From an uncultured Clostridium sp. (lineage in GTDB: Bacteria > Bacillota > Clostridia > TANB77 > CAG-508): 64,000 nt of DNA. The position numbers and the translations under genes were made by a program. The notes beneath the pieces are model-generated. The model searched no databases. It was not told where the DNA came from and saw nothing but the letters and a program-made list of their open reading frames with translations. The DNA is taken from positions 7,649 to 71,648 of the forward strand of contig CAOKEO010000002.1 of the NCBI GenBank assembly GCA_948467495.1, written 5' to 3'. This document shows, piece after piece, positions 29,606-38,630 of the stretch (its first letter is position 1; each line of letters begins with the position of its first letter).

Positions 29606-30685
29606 ATGCAAGAAGAGTTTGAGGAAAATATAAAAAAGAAAGACAATCAAGATAGCCAAGAATTAAATAGAAATAAAGCAACTAATAAAAAAACAGCTAT
29701 TTTAAATATTAGTCTAATTATTATTATATTTTTAGGATTATTTATTTATATGCTAAAAGTCGATGGAATGGAAAATATAATTAAGGTTTTAAATAGTGTA
29801 GATTATAGATGGGTAATAGCTGGTTTAGTATGTTTAGTGATTCATTGGATTTGTGAGAGTTTAAATTTACATATTCCGATAAAGAAAATTTATCATGACC
29901 AAAAATTTACGAATTCTATCAAAGTAGCAATGATAGGGCAACTATTTAATAATATTACGCCTTTTTCATCAGGAGGGCAACCAATGCAGGCATATGAACT
30001 AAATAAAACAGGGAAAAGAGTTAGTGATTCTTTGTCAGCAATGGCAATTAAATTTATCATTACACAAACAGCTTTAGTAATTTCAACATTAGTTGTTGTA
30101 GTCATAGAATTTGAATTTTTCCAAACATTAATGCAAAATTATTTGTGGGTTGCTATGATAGGATTTATGGTTAATATTATAGCAATAGTGATTATGATAC
30201 TGGTTGGTATAAAAAGAGAAATTATAGTGTGTATTATGAATCCAATTGTTAGGTTTTTAGGAAAAGTACATCTTCTAAAAAATACAGAACCAATCATAGA
30301 AAAACTAAATGAAAGTATAGACAATTTTAGCAATCAGTTTATCATTATGAAATCAGAAAAAAGAATGGTAATCAAAATGTTTTTAATTGCGGTCATACAA
30401 AGTTTAGTTTATTACTCTATAACGTATATGGTATATCGAGCATTTGGAAATGAGGGAGTAAGTTTTTTACAAATCATACCAACCCAGGCATTTTTACTAT
30501 TGATTATGACGTTTGTTCCGACACCAGGTTCAGGACTGGGAGCAGAAGGCGGATTTTATTTGTTATTTAATTCTATTTTTCAAAATGGAACTATTAATAT
30601 GTCGATTTTATTTTGGAGGATATATACTTTTTATTTGCCAATTATCATAGGAGCCTTATTTTTAATACCAACTAAACGAAAATAA
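29606..30685 (+). CDS. Flippase-like (UPF0104 / LPG-synthase TM-domain family) membrane protein
   Basis: Start chosen at MQEEFEEN (ATG 29606, RBS agggaggaaatt). The track ORF begins upstream inside the repeat. Multi-pass membrane protein with the TPFSSGGQPMQAYEL and PTPGSGLGAEGGF motifs typical of this family. Confidence 0.6.
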   Translation: MQEEFEENIKKKDNQDSQELNRNKATNKKTAILNISLIIIIFLGLFIYMLKVDGMENIIKVLNSVDYRWVIAGLVCLVIHWICESLNLHIPIKKIYHDQKFTNSIKVAMIGQLFNNITPFSSGGQPMQAYELNKTGKRVSDSLSAMAIKFIITQTALVISTLVVVVIEFEFFQTLMQNYLWVAMIGFMVNIIAIVIMILVGIKREIIVCIMNPIVRFLGKVHLLKNTEPIIEKLNESIDNFSNQFIIMKSEKRMVIKMFLIAVIQSLVYYSITYMVYRAFGNEGVSFLQIIPTQAFLLLIMTFVPTPGSGLGAEGGFYLLFNSIFQNGTINMSILFWRIYTFYLPIIIGALFLIPTKRK

Positions 30686-30706
30686 AACAAAGGAGAGAAA
30701 AAAGAA

Positions 30707-31354
30707 ATGGAAACACTTATTATTGCAGGGGGAGAAATAAATCAAGAACAATTAATGAAATATTGTAAGGCTCATAACGGACAAAATATAATTGCTGTTG
30801 ATAGAGGTTTAGAGGCGTTGTATCAATTTAATATGGTACCAAATCATGTAGTAGGAGATTTTGATTCAGTAAGTAAGTCAATATGGCAATTTTATCAAAA
30901 GAATGCAGAAATTGTTTTTCATAAATACAACCCAAAAAAGGATTACACAGATACAGATATTGCTTTGAAATTAGCTATTGAATTAAATAGTTCTTCTATT
31001 ACGATAATGGGAGCACTAGGAAAAAGAATGGATCATGCATTAGCCAATATTCATATTCTTAAAGAGGCACTAGAAGTAGGAATTCCTTGTCAAATACTAG
31101 ACTCTTATAATAAAATTTATTTAGTAAAAGACCATAGGCAACTAGCTAAAGATAAAACTTACGGAAAGTATATTTCATTTCTTCCATTAACAACTACAGT
31201 GGAAGGAATTACATTAAAAGGTTTTCAATATCCTTTGAATAATGCTTCTTTGTCAATTGGTTTGAGCTTAGGGATTAGTAATGAGATAGTAGAAGAGATG
31301 GCTACGATTGAATTAAAAAAAGGTATTTTAATTGTAATAGAAAGCAAAGATTAA
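30707..31354 (+). CDS. thiN: Thiamine diphosphokinase
   Basis: 215 aa. IIAGGE, VVGDFDS, KDYTDTDIAL and GALGKRMDH motifs. Confidence 0.8.
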   Translation: METLIIAGGEINQEQLMKYCKAHNGQNIIAVDRGLEALYQFNMVPNHVVGDFDSVSKSIWQFYQKNAEIVFHKYNPKKDYTDTDIALKLAIELNSSSITIMGALGKRMDHALANIHILKEALEVGIPCQILDSYNKIYLVKDHRQLAKDKTYGKYISFLPLTTTVEGITLKGFQYPLNNASLSIGLSLGISNEIVEEMATIELKKGILIVIESKD

Positions 31355-31405
31355 ATTTTTAGCATAAAAAGCTGCATTTGGTTTGACCATTTGCAACTTT
31401 TCTAT

Positions 31406-32356
31406 TTATTCTTTATTTGTGATTTCTTCTAAATCTAAAAGCTCTTGCCATCTGTTGTCAACTTCTTTTTGGAATTCTTCTATCATCCATTCATTGCCAG
31501 GTTTAAACATATGTTTAAATCTTTTTTGTGGTTTTAGGAATTCTTCAATTGGTAATTTTTTGGTTGGTTTATAATTGATTTTATATTTGCCATTGATTAC
31601 TTCATATAAAGGCCAGTAACAGGTTTCTACTGCTAGTTTATTAATTGGCATTAATTGGTCGGTTGGGTAGCCCCATCCTCTAGGACATGGTGCCATGACA
31701 TTTAAGAAAGCTGCTCCTTCTGTGTAAATGGCTTTTTCTGCTTTTTCATATAAATCTTTGAAATTCATATAACCAAGTGTTTGCGCTACATAAGGAAGAT
31801 GATGTCCTACCATAATTTTGGCTAAGTCTTTTCTAGATTGCATTTTTCCTGGTATGACTTTTCCTGCTGGAGAGGTTGTGGTGTCTGCAAATTTTGGAGT
31901 AGCAGAGGAACGTTGGATACCAGTGTTCATGTAAGCACCATTGTCATAACATACATATACTATGTCATGTCCACGCTCCATAGCACCTGATAAACTTTGT
32001 AGTCCAATATCATAGGTTCCACCATCTCCACCAAAAGCGATAAATTTGGTGTCTCCTTCTGGTAATTTTCCTTGTTTTTTCATAGACTGATAGGCAGCTT
32101 CAGCACCTGCTAAAGTAGCACCTGCACATTCAAATGCAGTATGAATAAAGGAATCTGTCCAAGCAGTATAAGGATAAATAAAAGTAGAAACTTCCATACA
32201 ACCTGTGGCTGCACAAACAACAGCATGGTCTTCTGGTTTTAAGGCTCTCATAATATGTCTTGCTACTGGAGGGGCTCCACATCCAGCACACATTCTGTGT
32301 CCTGCTGTAAATCTTGAAGGTTTATTGGCTACGACATCTTTTACATTATAAGCCAT
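31406..32356 (-). CDS. porB: 2-oxoacid:ferredoxin oxidoreductase beta subunit (TPP-binding; POR/VOR type)
   Basis: FTAGHRMCAGCGAP and GGDGGTYDIG (TPP motif). Last gene of the gamma-delta-alpha-beta operon. Confidence 0.85.
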   Translation of the reverse strand: MAYNVKDVVANKPSRFTAGHRMCAGCGAPPVARHIMRALKPEDHAVVCAATGCMEVSTFIYPYTAWTDSFIHTAFECAGATLAGAEAAYQSMKKQGKLPEGDTKFIAFGGDGGTYDIGLQSLSGAMERGHDIVYVCYDNGAYMNTGIQRSSATPKFADTTTSPAGKVIPGKMQSRKDLAKIMVGHHLPYVAQTLGYMNFKDLYEKAEKAIYTEGAAFLNVMAPCPRGWGYPTDQLMPINKLAVETCYWPLYEVINGKYKINYKPTKKLPIEEFLKPQKRFKHMFKPGNEWMIEEFQKEVDNRWQELLDLEEITNKE

Positions 32357-33561
32357 TATTTGTCACCTTCCTTTCTTAATCCTAAATAACGATAAGGATT
32401 GTCAATTTTTTTTGTTTTTACAATTTCTAGTAAATCAGTGTAAACAGATTCAATGTCTTCTGCTTTGGTATCTCTACCACCAATACCATAAACATAGTTG
32501 ACAGCTGGCACATGAACATTATTTACATACATGCTTGAAGTTACATCTTCAAATAGGCTACCTCCTGCAGCATTTAAAGAATCTGCTCTATCTAAGATTG
32601 CTATTGCTTTTACATGAGATAAGGCTTTTGCTATTTCGTCTACTGGAAATGGTCTAAATACACGTATTTTTAAAAGTCCAGCTTTAATTCCTTTGGTTCT
32701 TAAATTATCAACCACATATTTGGTGGTTCCAGCTGTTGAGTTCATACAAACAATAGCAATTTCGGCGTCTTCTAATTGGTATTCTTCTAATAGCGAATAA
32801 CTTCTACCTGTCATTTTTTCAAAATCTTTGGCGACATCTAAAATGACTTGTTTTGCATTTTTCATAGCAATCGCCTGTTGTGTTTTATGTTCAAATAAGT
32901 ATGCTTGTAAGTCTAAGGGACCAACGGCAATTGGTTCTTTTTTATTTAACAAGTAATGTTCTGGTCTGTATTCTCCTACGAATTCTTTTACTTTATCATC
33001 TTCTACTAATTCAATATTTTCGATGGCATGTGAGGTAATAAATCCATCTTGACATACCATTAATGGTAACATGACATCTTTGTGTTCTGCAATTCTATGA
33101 GCCATTAAGGTATTGTCATAGGCTTCTTGATTGTTTTCTGAAAATAGCATAATCCAGCCACTATCACGAACTCCCATAGCATCTGAGTGGTCGCAGTGAA
33201 TGTTTAAAGGACCAGATACGGCTCTATTTACTAAAGATAAAACAATTGGTAATCGTAAACTAGAAGCAATGTAAATCATTTCCCACATTAAAGATAAACC
33301 ATTGGCAGACGTAGCTGTCATGGCTCTACTTCCAGCTGCTTCTGCTCCAATACAAGCAGACATAGCACTGTGCTCACTTTCTACGGCAACAAATTCCGTA
33401 TCTACTGTTCCATTTGCTACAAAGGTAGAAAAATATTGAGGGATTTCAGTAGATGGGGTAATAGGGAAGGCGGCTACAACGTCTGGATTGATTTGCTTCA
33501 TAGCAGTAGCTGCTGCTTCATTACCACTTAATCTTTCTCTTATACTCATTTTTATTATCAT
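32356..33561 (-). CDS. porA: 2-oxoacid:ferredoxin oxidoreductase alpha subunit
   Basis: LSGNEAAATAMKQINPDVVAAFPITPSTEI is typical of PorA. The alternative start ATG 33549 (MSIRERL) is also possible. The stop overlaps the porB start. Confidence 0.85.
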   Translation of the reverse strand: MIIKMSIRERLSGNEAAATAMKQINPDVVAAFPITPSTEIPQYFSTFVANGTVDTEFVAVESEHSAMSACIGAEAAGSRAMTATSANGLSLMWEMIYIASSLRLPIVLSLVNRAVSGPLNIHCDHSDAMGVRDSGWIMLFSENNQEAYDNTLMAHRIAEHKDVMLPLMVCQDGFITSHAIENIELVEDDKVKEFVGEYRPEHYLLNKKEPIAVGPLDLQAYLFEHKTQQAIAMKNAKQVILDVAKDFEKMTGRSYSLLEEYQLEDAEIAIVCMNSTAGTTKYVVDNLRTKGIKAGLLKIRVFRPFPVDEIAKALSHVKAIAILDRADSLNAAGGSLFEDVTSSMYVNNVHVPAVNYVYGIGGRDTKAEDIESVYTDLLEIVKTKKIDNPYRYLGLRKEGDK

Positions 33562-33653
33562 TCCTTTCTTGAGTTATTTTATTTAGTTTGAAATAGAATT
33601 GTTATTTGGCTATACTGAAGCTGTAACAACGCCAAATATAATTATCTTTCAAA

Positions 33654-33944
33654 CTATTCTTCCTTCATTTCAATTGCACTAAATGGGCACACTTTAGCAC
33701 ATACGCCACATCCTTTGCAATAATCATAATTAAAATCTTCCCTTAACATTTCCTTGTTTACAGGGATGGCATCCTCTGGGCAAACAGGAAAACAAAGTCC
33801 ACATTGTTTGCATTTATCACTTAAGAAAATAGGACGAATGCTTCTCCAATCGCCAGTCTTAAATTCCCTTGCATTTCCAGCAGTATAAATATCACCACCA
33901 GGAGTTAGCTTTTCCATAGGGGTGTTATTATTTATTTCTGTCAT
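33654..33944 (-). CDS. porD: 2-oxoacid:ferredoxin oxidoreductase delta subunit (2x[4Fe-4S])
   Basis: 96 aa. CKQCGLCFPVCP and CKGCGVCAKVCP motifs. Overlaps the gamma-subunit stop by 4 nt. Confidence 0.85.
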   Translation of the reverse strand: MTEINNNTPMEKLTPGGDIYTAGNAREFKTGDWRSIRPIFLSDKCKQCGLCFPVCPEDAIPVNKEMLREDFNYDYCKGCGVCAKVCPFSAIEMKEE

Positions 33945-34519
33945 ATCTTTTTTACCTCCTTTAATGCTAATTCTAAAGCTTTCATATTACCATCAATGAC
34001 TTCTGGTTTTTTCGCAAATTTATGTTGAAAAGACCCTTTCATGTCTTCTAGTAGGGCTTCGTCTGACATGATACCGCCTACTTTTACAATTGCTGCTAGC
34101 ATAGGTGTATTAGGAAAATATTTTCCTAAAGCTTCTTCCGATATTTTTCTAGCATCAATGGTATAGATATCACCTTTATATCCTTTTAAGGCAGTTTTTA
34201 AATAATCTTCTGATTTTGTAGTATTAATAATGATTGCTCCTGTCTCTTTTAGTCCTGCTGTTACATCAACAGATTCTAAAAGGGTATCATCTACAACTAC
34301 GACATAGTCAGGTTCATAAATATTACTATGAATGGTAATAGGGTTACTACTGATACGATTATAAGCTGTAATAGGTGCACCCATTCTTTCTGGTCCATAT
34401 TCTGGAAAACCTTGAATGTACTTGCCTGTGTTGAACGCAGCATCTGCTAATAATAGTGATGCTGTTTTGGCACCTTGTCCACCTCTACCATGCCATCTGA
34501 TTTCTATTAAGTTATCCAT
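33941..34519 (-). CDS. porG: 2-oxoacid:ferredoxin oxidoreductase gamma subunit
   Basis: 192 aa. IRWHGRGGQGAKTASLLLA is the N-terminal signature of POR gamma. Confidence 0.85.
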   Translation of the reverse strand: MDNLIEIRWHGRGGQGAKTASLLLADAAFNTGKYIQGFPEYGPERMGAPITAYNRISSNPITIHSNIYEPDYVVVVDDTLLESVDVTAGLKETGAIIINTTKSEDYLKTALKGYKGDIYTIDARKISEEALGKYFPNTPMLAAIVKVGGIMSDEALLEDMKGSFQHKFAKKPEVIDGNMKALELALKEVKKI

Positions 34520-34671
34520 GCTTCTATAGCCTCCTTATTTGTTTTTTATACAGTAAGGAATTTCTCTCCATGGGAGAAAAATCTGTACGGTATAAATTTG
34601 TTATTATGGCTTTAGTATATGACTAAATACAATAGATGTCAAGAAAAAAGTGTCGAATCGAATGAGTATTC

Positions 34672-34743
34672 GTAACGATTCAGAGGTGATATATTTTAAG
34701 TTAGAAACTTTATTCCCAAAAAACAAGACTTCTGAATATTTAC
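34672..34743 (+). mobile_element. Minimal (arms-only, core-less) MITE-like element with flanking direct repeat GAGTATT
   Basis: gtaacgattcagaggtgatatattttaagttagaaacttt joined to attcccaaaaaacaagacttctgaatatttac. The termini are inverted (gtaacgattcagagg / cttctgaatatttac). The flanks are aatGAGTATTc ... GAGTATTtg. Confidence 0.7.
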
Positions 34744-35112
34744 GAGTATTTGTCCCATTCAAAAGTAACGAATTTTAATATAAACAATAATAGATTAATT
34801 ACAATACTACCAGAAGAATTATTTTAATGAAAAAATAGGAGAAAAAGTCGAAAATTGCGATGAAAAAATAATATAAATAATTGAAAAAAATGAAGGAATA
34901 TGATTTAATATTTTATACAATTATTTTTAAAATTGCAAAACAGCAACTTTGTTATAGACATAAAGTTAATTCAAAAATTTTATATTTTCAAGATTTTAAA
35001 ATCTAAAAAATTTCAAAAAATTTAACCAAATAGTAAAAAATGATGGGAGGAGGAATTTTCGAAAGAAAAATAGAAATAATTGCATAAAAAGTAAAAATAT
35101 ACTGATTAGGTA

Positions 35113-35141
35113 TTGCAAAGTAAATAGTAATCTAGTATAAT
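35113..35141 (+). promoter_or_regulatory. Sigma-A type promoter (TTGCAA-17-TATAAT)
   Basis: ttgcaa 35113-35118, 17-nt spacer, tataat 35136-35141. Immediately upstream of the RBS aaaggagg and ATG 35154. Confidence 0.5.
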
Positions 35142-35153
35142 AAAGGAGGAAAT

Positions 35154-36068
35154 ATGATAAATACGAAAATGAAAAAATTACCTTTGACATCTGATATTGT
35201 ATTTAAAAGAGTATTTTCTAAAGAAGGTAATGAAGATATTTTAAAATCTTTATTAGAAGCTATTCTAGAAATACCAATTCAAGATGTTGTTGTTAAAAAT
35301 CCAGAGTTACCAAGAAATTTATATGATAGTAAAGCAAGTATATTAGATGTTAAAGTAGAGATTGATAAAGATATTGTATGTAATATTGAGATGCAAGTAA
35401 AAGATTTAGGAGATATTGATAAAAGAAGTACATATTACATGTCAAGAATACTATCTGATGAACTTAAAAAAAGTGAAAATTATGGACAAGTAAAGAATAC
35501 AATTGTAATTAATTTATTAAATTTTGAATTTTATAAAAGAAATAGTTATCGAAGTGTAGCACATATGAAATTTGAAAGGACAAAAGAAAATGAATTTGTA
35601 GATATGGGATACAAAAGAGAAGATGAAATAGCAACCCAAGATTTAGAAATGCATTTTATAGAAATTCCAAAGTTTGTAAAGAAAAATCCAGAAGCTAATA
35701 CCAAGTTAGAACAATGGTTGTGGCTAATTGCGGGGAGAGAGGAGAAATTAGAGATGGCAAAGAAGGAAAATAAAGAAATTAGAAAAGCCATAGATATTAT
35801 TGATGAGATGAGTATGAATGAAAAAGAATGGGAACTTTATTGGTCTAGAAAATTTGCTATAATGGATTATAATTCTGGAATGCTTCATGCACAAGAGAAA
35901 GGATTAAGAGAAGGAAGAGAAAAAGGAATGAAAGAAGGAATGAAAGAAGGAATGAAAGAAGGAAAGATACAAGATGCAAGAGAACTCTTGAAATTGGGTA
36001 TGAGAATCGAAGACATACAAAAAGTAACTAAGTTAACAAAAGAGGAAATTGAAAAATTAAGAAAATAA
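35154..36068 (+). CDS. Rpn-family recombination-promoting nuclease / putative transposase (PD-(D/E)XK, YhgA-like)
   Basis: LTSDIVFKRVFSKEGNEDILKSLLEAIL ... ILDVKVEIDKDIVCNIEMQV matches the Rpn/Transposase_31 N-domain. C-terminal 3 x MKEG repeat (12-nt tandem repeat at 35928-35963). Confidence 0.75.
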   Translation: MINTKMKKLPLTSDIVFKRVFSKEGNEDILKSLLEAILEIPIQDVVVKNPELPRNLYDSKASILDVKVEIDKDIVCNIEMQVKDLGDIDKRSTYYMSRILSDELKKSENYGQVKNTIVINLLNFEFYKRNSYRSVAHMKFERTKENEFVDMGYKREDEIATQDLEMHFIEIPKFVKKNPEANTKLEQWLWLIAGREEKLEMAKKENKEIRKAIDIIDEMSMNEKEWELYWSRKFAIMDYNSGMLHAQEKGLREGREKGMKEGMKEGMKEGKIQDARELLKLGMRIEDIQKVTKLTKEEIEKLRK

Positions 36069-36188
36069 AGTTAAGAGTAAAAATACCCATTTAAGGGTTG
36101 ATTAAAAACGATATTTGAAACAGTTTATCACTTTACAATTTTTATTTTTCTGGTATAATAGGAATAGAAAAAAAGAAGGAGGATTGGA

Positions 36189-36905
36189 ATGATGAAAAAA
36201 GGGGTAAAAATTGCGATTTTTTTAGGAATTATTATTTTTATTATTGTTATAGCAGGAGGTTATTTCTTTATCAATGATAAGATGCAAAAAGCTAAAATAA
36301 TAGAAGAATTTGCACAGATAGAAGAATTAACAAAATCAGAAGATTTTAATATGGATGCATTAAATGAGAAAACTAGTACAATTGTGACAAAAGGAAAATA
36401 TGCAACTGTTGAAAAAGCGGCTAAGAATTATGCTTCTGACTTATTTAATACAGCATATAATATTAGAACATTATTAGAAGATGAGAAGATGGCTCAACTT
36501 TTAATGGCTAGTAACTATGAACAAGATGGACCTGATTTTGTAGAAAGTAAAAAGTATTTAAACGAAACAAAACAAAAATTAGAAGAAAAAAAGGCAGAGA
36601 TGTTGTCTTATTTAGAAGAGAGTAAAATCAATTCATACATAGAGACAGAAACAGCAGATAGATATAGTACTGATTTATACAAACAATTACTGAGAGAAGA
36701 TGTTGAAATTTCTGAAAAAGAAAGAAATGAATTAGAAAAATCCATAGAAAAAGTGGAATCTATGTTAAAAATTGAAGAAGAAATAATTGATTTTTTAGTT
36801 GAAAATAAAGGACAATGGAAAGTGCAAGGGGAGCAAATCTTGTTTAATTCTAATAGTTTAGTGATAACGTACAATGGATTTTTAACCAAATTAAGAATAT
36901 TGTAG
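36189..36905 (+). CDS. Hypothetical membrane-anchored coiled-coil protein
   Basis: 238 aa. N-terminal TM segment (IAIFLGIIIFIIVIAGGYFFI), the rest charged and helical. RBS agaaggagg. Confidence 0.5.
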   Translation: MMKKGVKIAIFLGIIIFIIVIAGGYFFINDKMQKAKIIEEFAQIEELTKSEDFNMDALNEKTSTIVTKGKYATVEKAAKNYASDLFNTAYNIRTLLEDEKMAQLLMASNYEQDGPDFVESKKYLNETKQKLEEKKAEMLSYLEESKINSYIETETADRYSTDLYKQLLREDVEISEKERNELEKSIEKVESMLKIEEEIIDFLVENKGQWKVQGEQILFNSNSLVITYNGFLTKLRIL

Positions 36906-36947
36906 AAAAAATTTTGGCATAATTTATAGCAAGAAAGGGGATTATAA

Positions 36948-38129
36948 ATGAAAGAAACAACCATAACAGATTCTATCTTATATGTAGGAGCAAATGATAA
37001 AGATATACGACTATTTGAATCACAATATGTGGTACCAAATGGGATGGCATACAATTCTTATCTTATTAAAGATGAAAAAAACGTTATATTAGATACAGTT
37101 GATAGAAAAGTAACTAACAAATGGTTAGAAAATTTGGAAAAAGCATTAGGAGGAGAAACGGTAGACTTTTTAGTTGTTTCACATTTAGAACCAGATCATG
37201 CGTATAATATTGGATTACTAGTAGAAAAGTACCCAGACATGAAAATAATAGGAAATGCCATTACATTCAATATGCTACCTAATTTCTTTGCGATGGATTT
37301 TACAGATAGAAAAATAGTAGTAAAAGAAGGAGATACTATTAACATTGGGAAGCATACTTTGCAATTCTTTATGGCACCTATGGTTCATTGGCCAGAAGTC
37401 ATGGTAACTTATGAGCAAACAGAAAAAGTTCTATTTTCAGCAGATGGTTTTGGAAAGTTTGGAACATTAGATACAGAAGAAAGTTGGGATTGTGAAGCTC
37501 GTAGATATTATTTTGGAATTGTTGGGAAATATGGTGCACAAGTGCAAGCTTTGTTGAAAAAAGCTTCTACTCTAGATATTGAAATCATTTGTCCTTTACA
37601 TGGACCAATTTTAACACAAAATTTACAACATTATATTGAAAAATATGATATATGGAGTAGTTATCGACCAGAAGATGATGGTGTTTTCATTGCTTGTGCT
37701 TCTATCTATGGAAATACTTTAGAGGCAGCCCAAAAGTTAAAACAAATTTTAGAAGAAAAGGGAGCTAAAAAAGTAGTTTTAGCAGATTTGGTGAGAGAGG
37801 ATATGGCAGAAGCAGTAGAAGATGCGTTTCGATATGATAAAATTATTTTAGCAGCTTCTAGTTACAATGCAGGTGTATTTGTGCCGATGGAACAGTTTTT
37901 GCATAAACTGAAAGAAAGAAACTATCAAAATAGAAAAATTGGTATGATAGAGAATGGGTCTTGGGCACCATCTGCTGGTAAAACGATGAAAAGTGTGTTA
38001 CAGGAAATGAAAGATATTACTTTGATAGAACCATTGGTTACCATTCAATCAACAATGAAACAAAATACCATAAGCCAGATGGAAAAATTAGCTGATAATA
38101 TTTTGGGAGGTGAATACAATGAAATATAA
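36948..38129 (+). CDS. FprA-type flavodiiron protein (metallo-beta-lactamase-like plus flavodoxin domains)
   Basis: VVSHLEPDH di-iron motif. Flavodoxin-like C-terminal domain ([16 protein letters not shown]). Followed by rubredoxin. Confidence 0.85.
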   Translation: MKETTITDSILYVGANDKDIRLFESQYVVPNGMAYNSYLIKDEKNVILDTVDRKVTNKWLENLEKALGGETVDFLVVSHLEPDHAYNIGLLVEKYPDMKIIGNAITFNMLPNFFAMDFTDRKIVVKEGDTINIGKHTLQFFMAPMVHWPEVMVTYEQTEKVLFSADGFGKFGTLDTEESWDCEARRYYFGIVGKYGAQVQALLKKASTLDIEIICPLHGPILTQNLQHYIEKYDIWSSYRPEDDGVFIACASIYGNTLEAAQKLKQILEEKGAKKVVLADLVREDMAEAVEDAFRYDKIILAASSYNAGVFVPMEQFLHKLKERNYQNRKIGMIENGSWAPSAGKTMKSVLQEMKDITLIEPLVTIQSTMKQNTISQMEKLADNILGGEYNEI

Positions 38130-38256
38130 ATGTACAGTATGTGGTTATATTTATGATGAAGAAGCAGAAGGAGTAAAATTCGAAGATTTACCAGAAGATT
38201 GGACTTGCCCTTTGTGTGGTGTAAGTAAAGATTTATTTGAAAAAGTAGAAGAATAA
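38119..38256 (+). CDS. rd: Rubredoxin (45 aa)
   Basis: Not in the ORF track. [45 protein letters not shown] has the CxxCG ... CPxCG motifs. Overlaps the flavodiiron gene by 11 nt. Confidence 0.85.
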   Translation: MKYKCTVCGYIYDEEAEGVKFEDLPEDWTCPLCGVSKDLFEKVEE

Positions 38257-38282
38257 AGAGATAAAAATGATTTGTTTTGTTA

Positions 38283-38314
38283 AGTTATTTCGTATTTACG
38301 GAGTAACTTTTTTT
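38283..38314 (+). terminator. Rho-independent terminator
   Basis: agttatttcg-tattta-cggagtaact (10-bp stem including 2 G-U pairs) followed by a T run. Confidence 0.6.
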
Positions 38315-38630
38315 GTATAGGAAAAATTGAAGATTTTCGATATAGCAAAATGCATTCCTAGAAAAATTTTAATATAGCAATACAAAGTTAATTGATTTTA
38401 GTTTGATAGGAACCATAGATAGGTATTCCCTAAGAAAAATGTATTATTTTTTACAAAATTGTAAATAAAATGACACAAAAATTACATATAAAATGTCGAA
38501 ATAAGCAAATAAAACTTCCGTATAATTATAGAAGATAGCCCAAAAATAAGGAAAAATATTCCATTGAAAAGAAAGCAGAAATATTTATAATGATAGTAGA
38601 ATTATTTTATGAAAGAAGGGCATAAATTCT

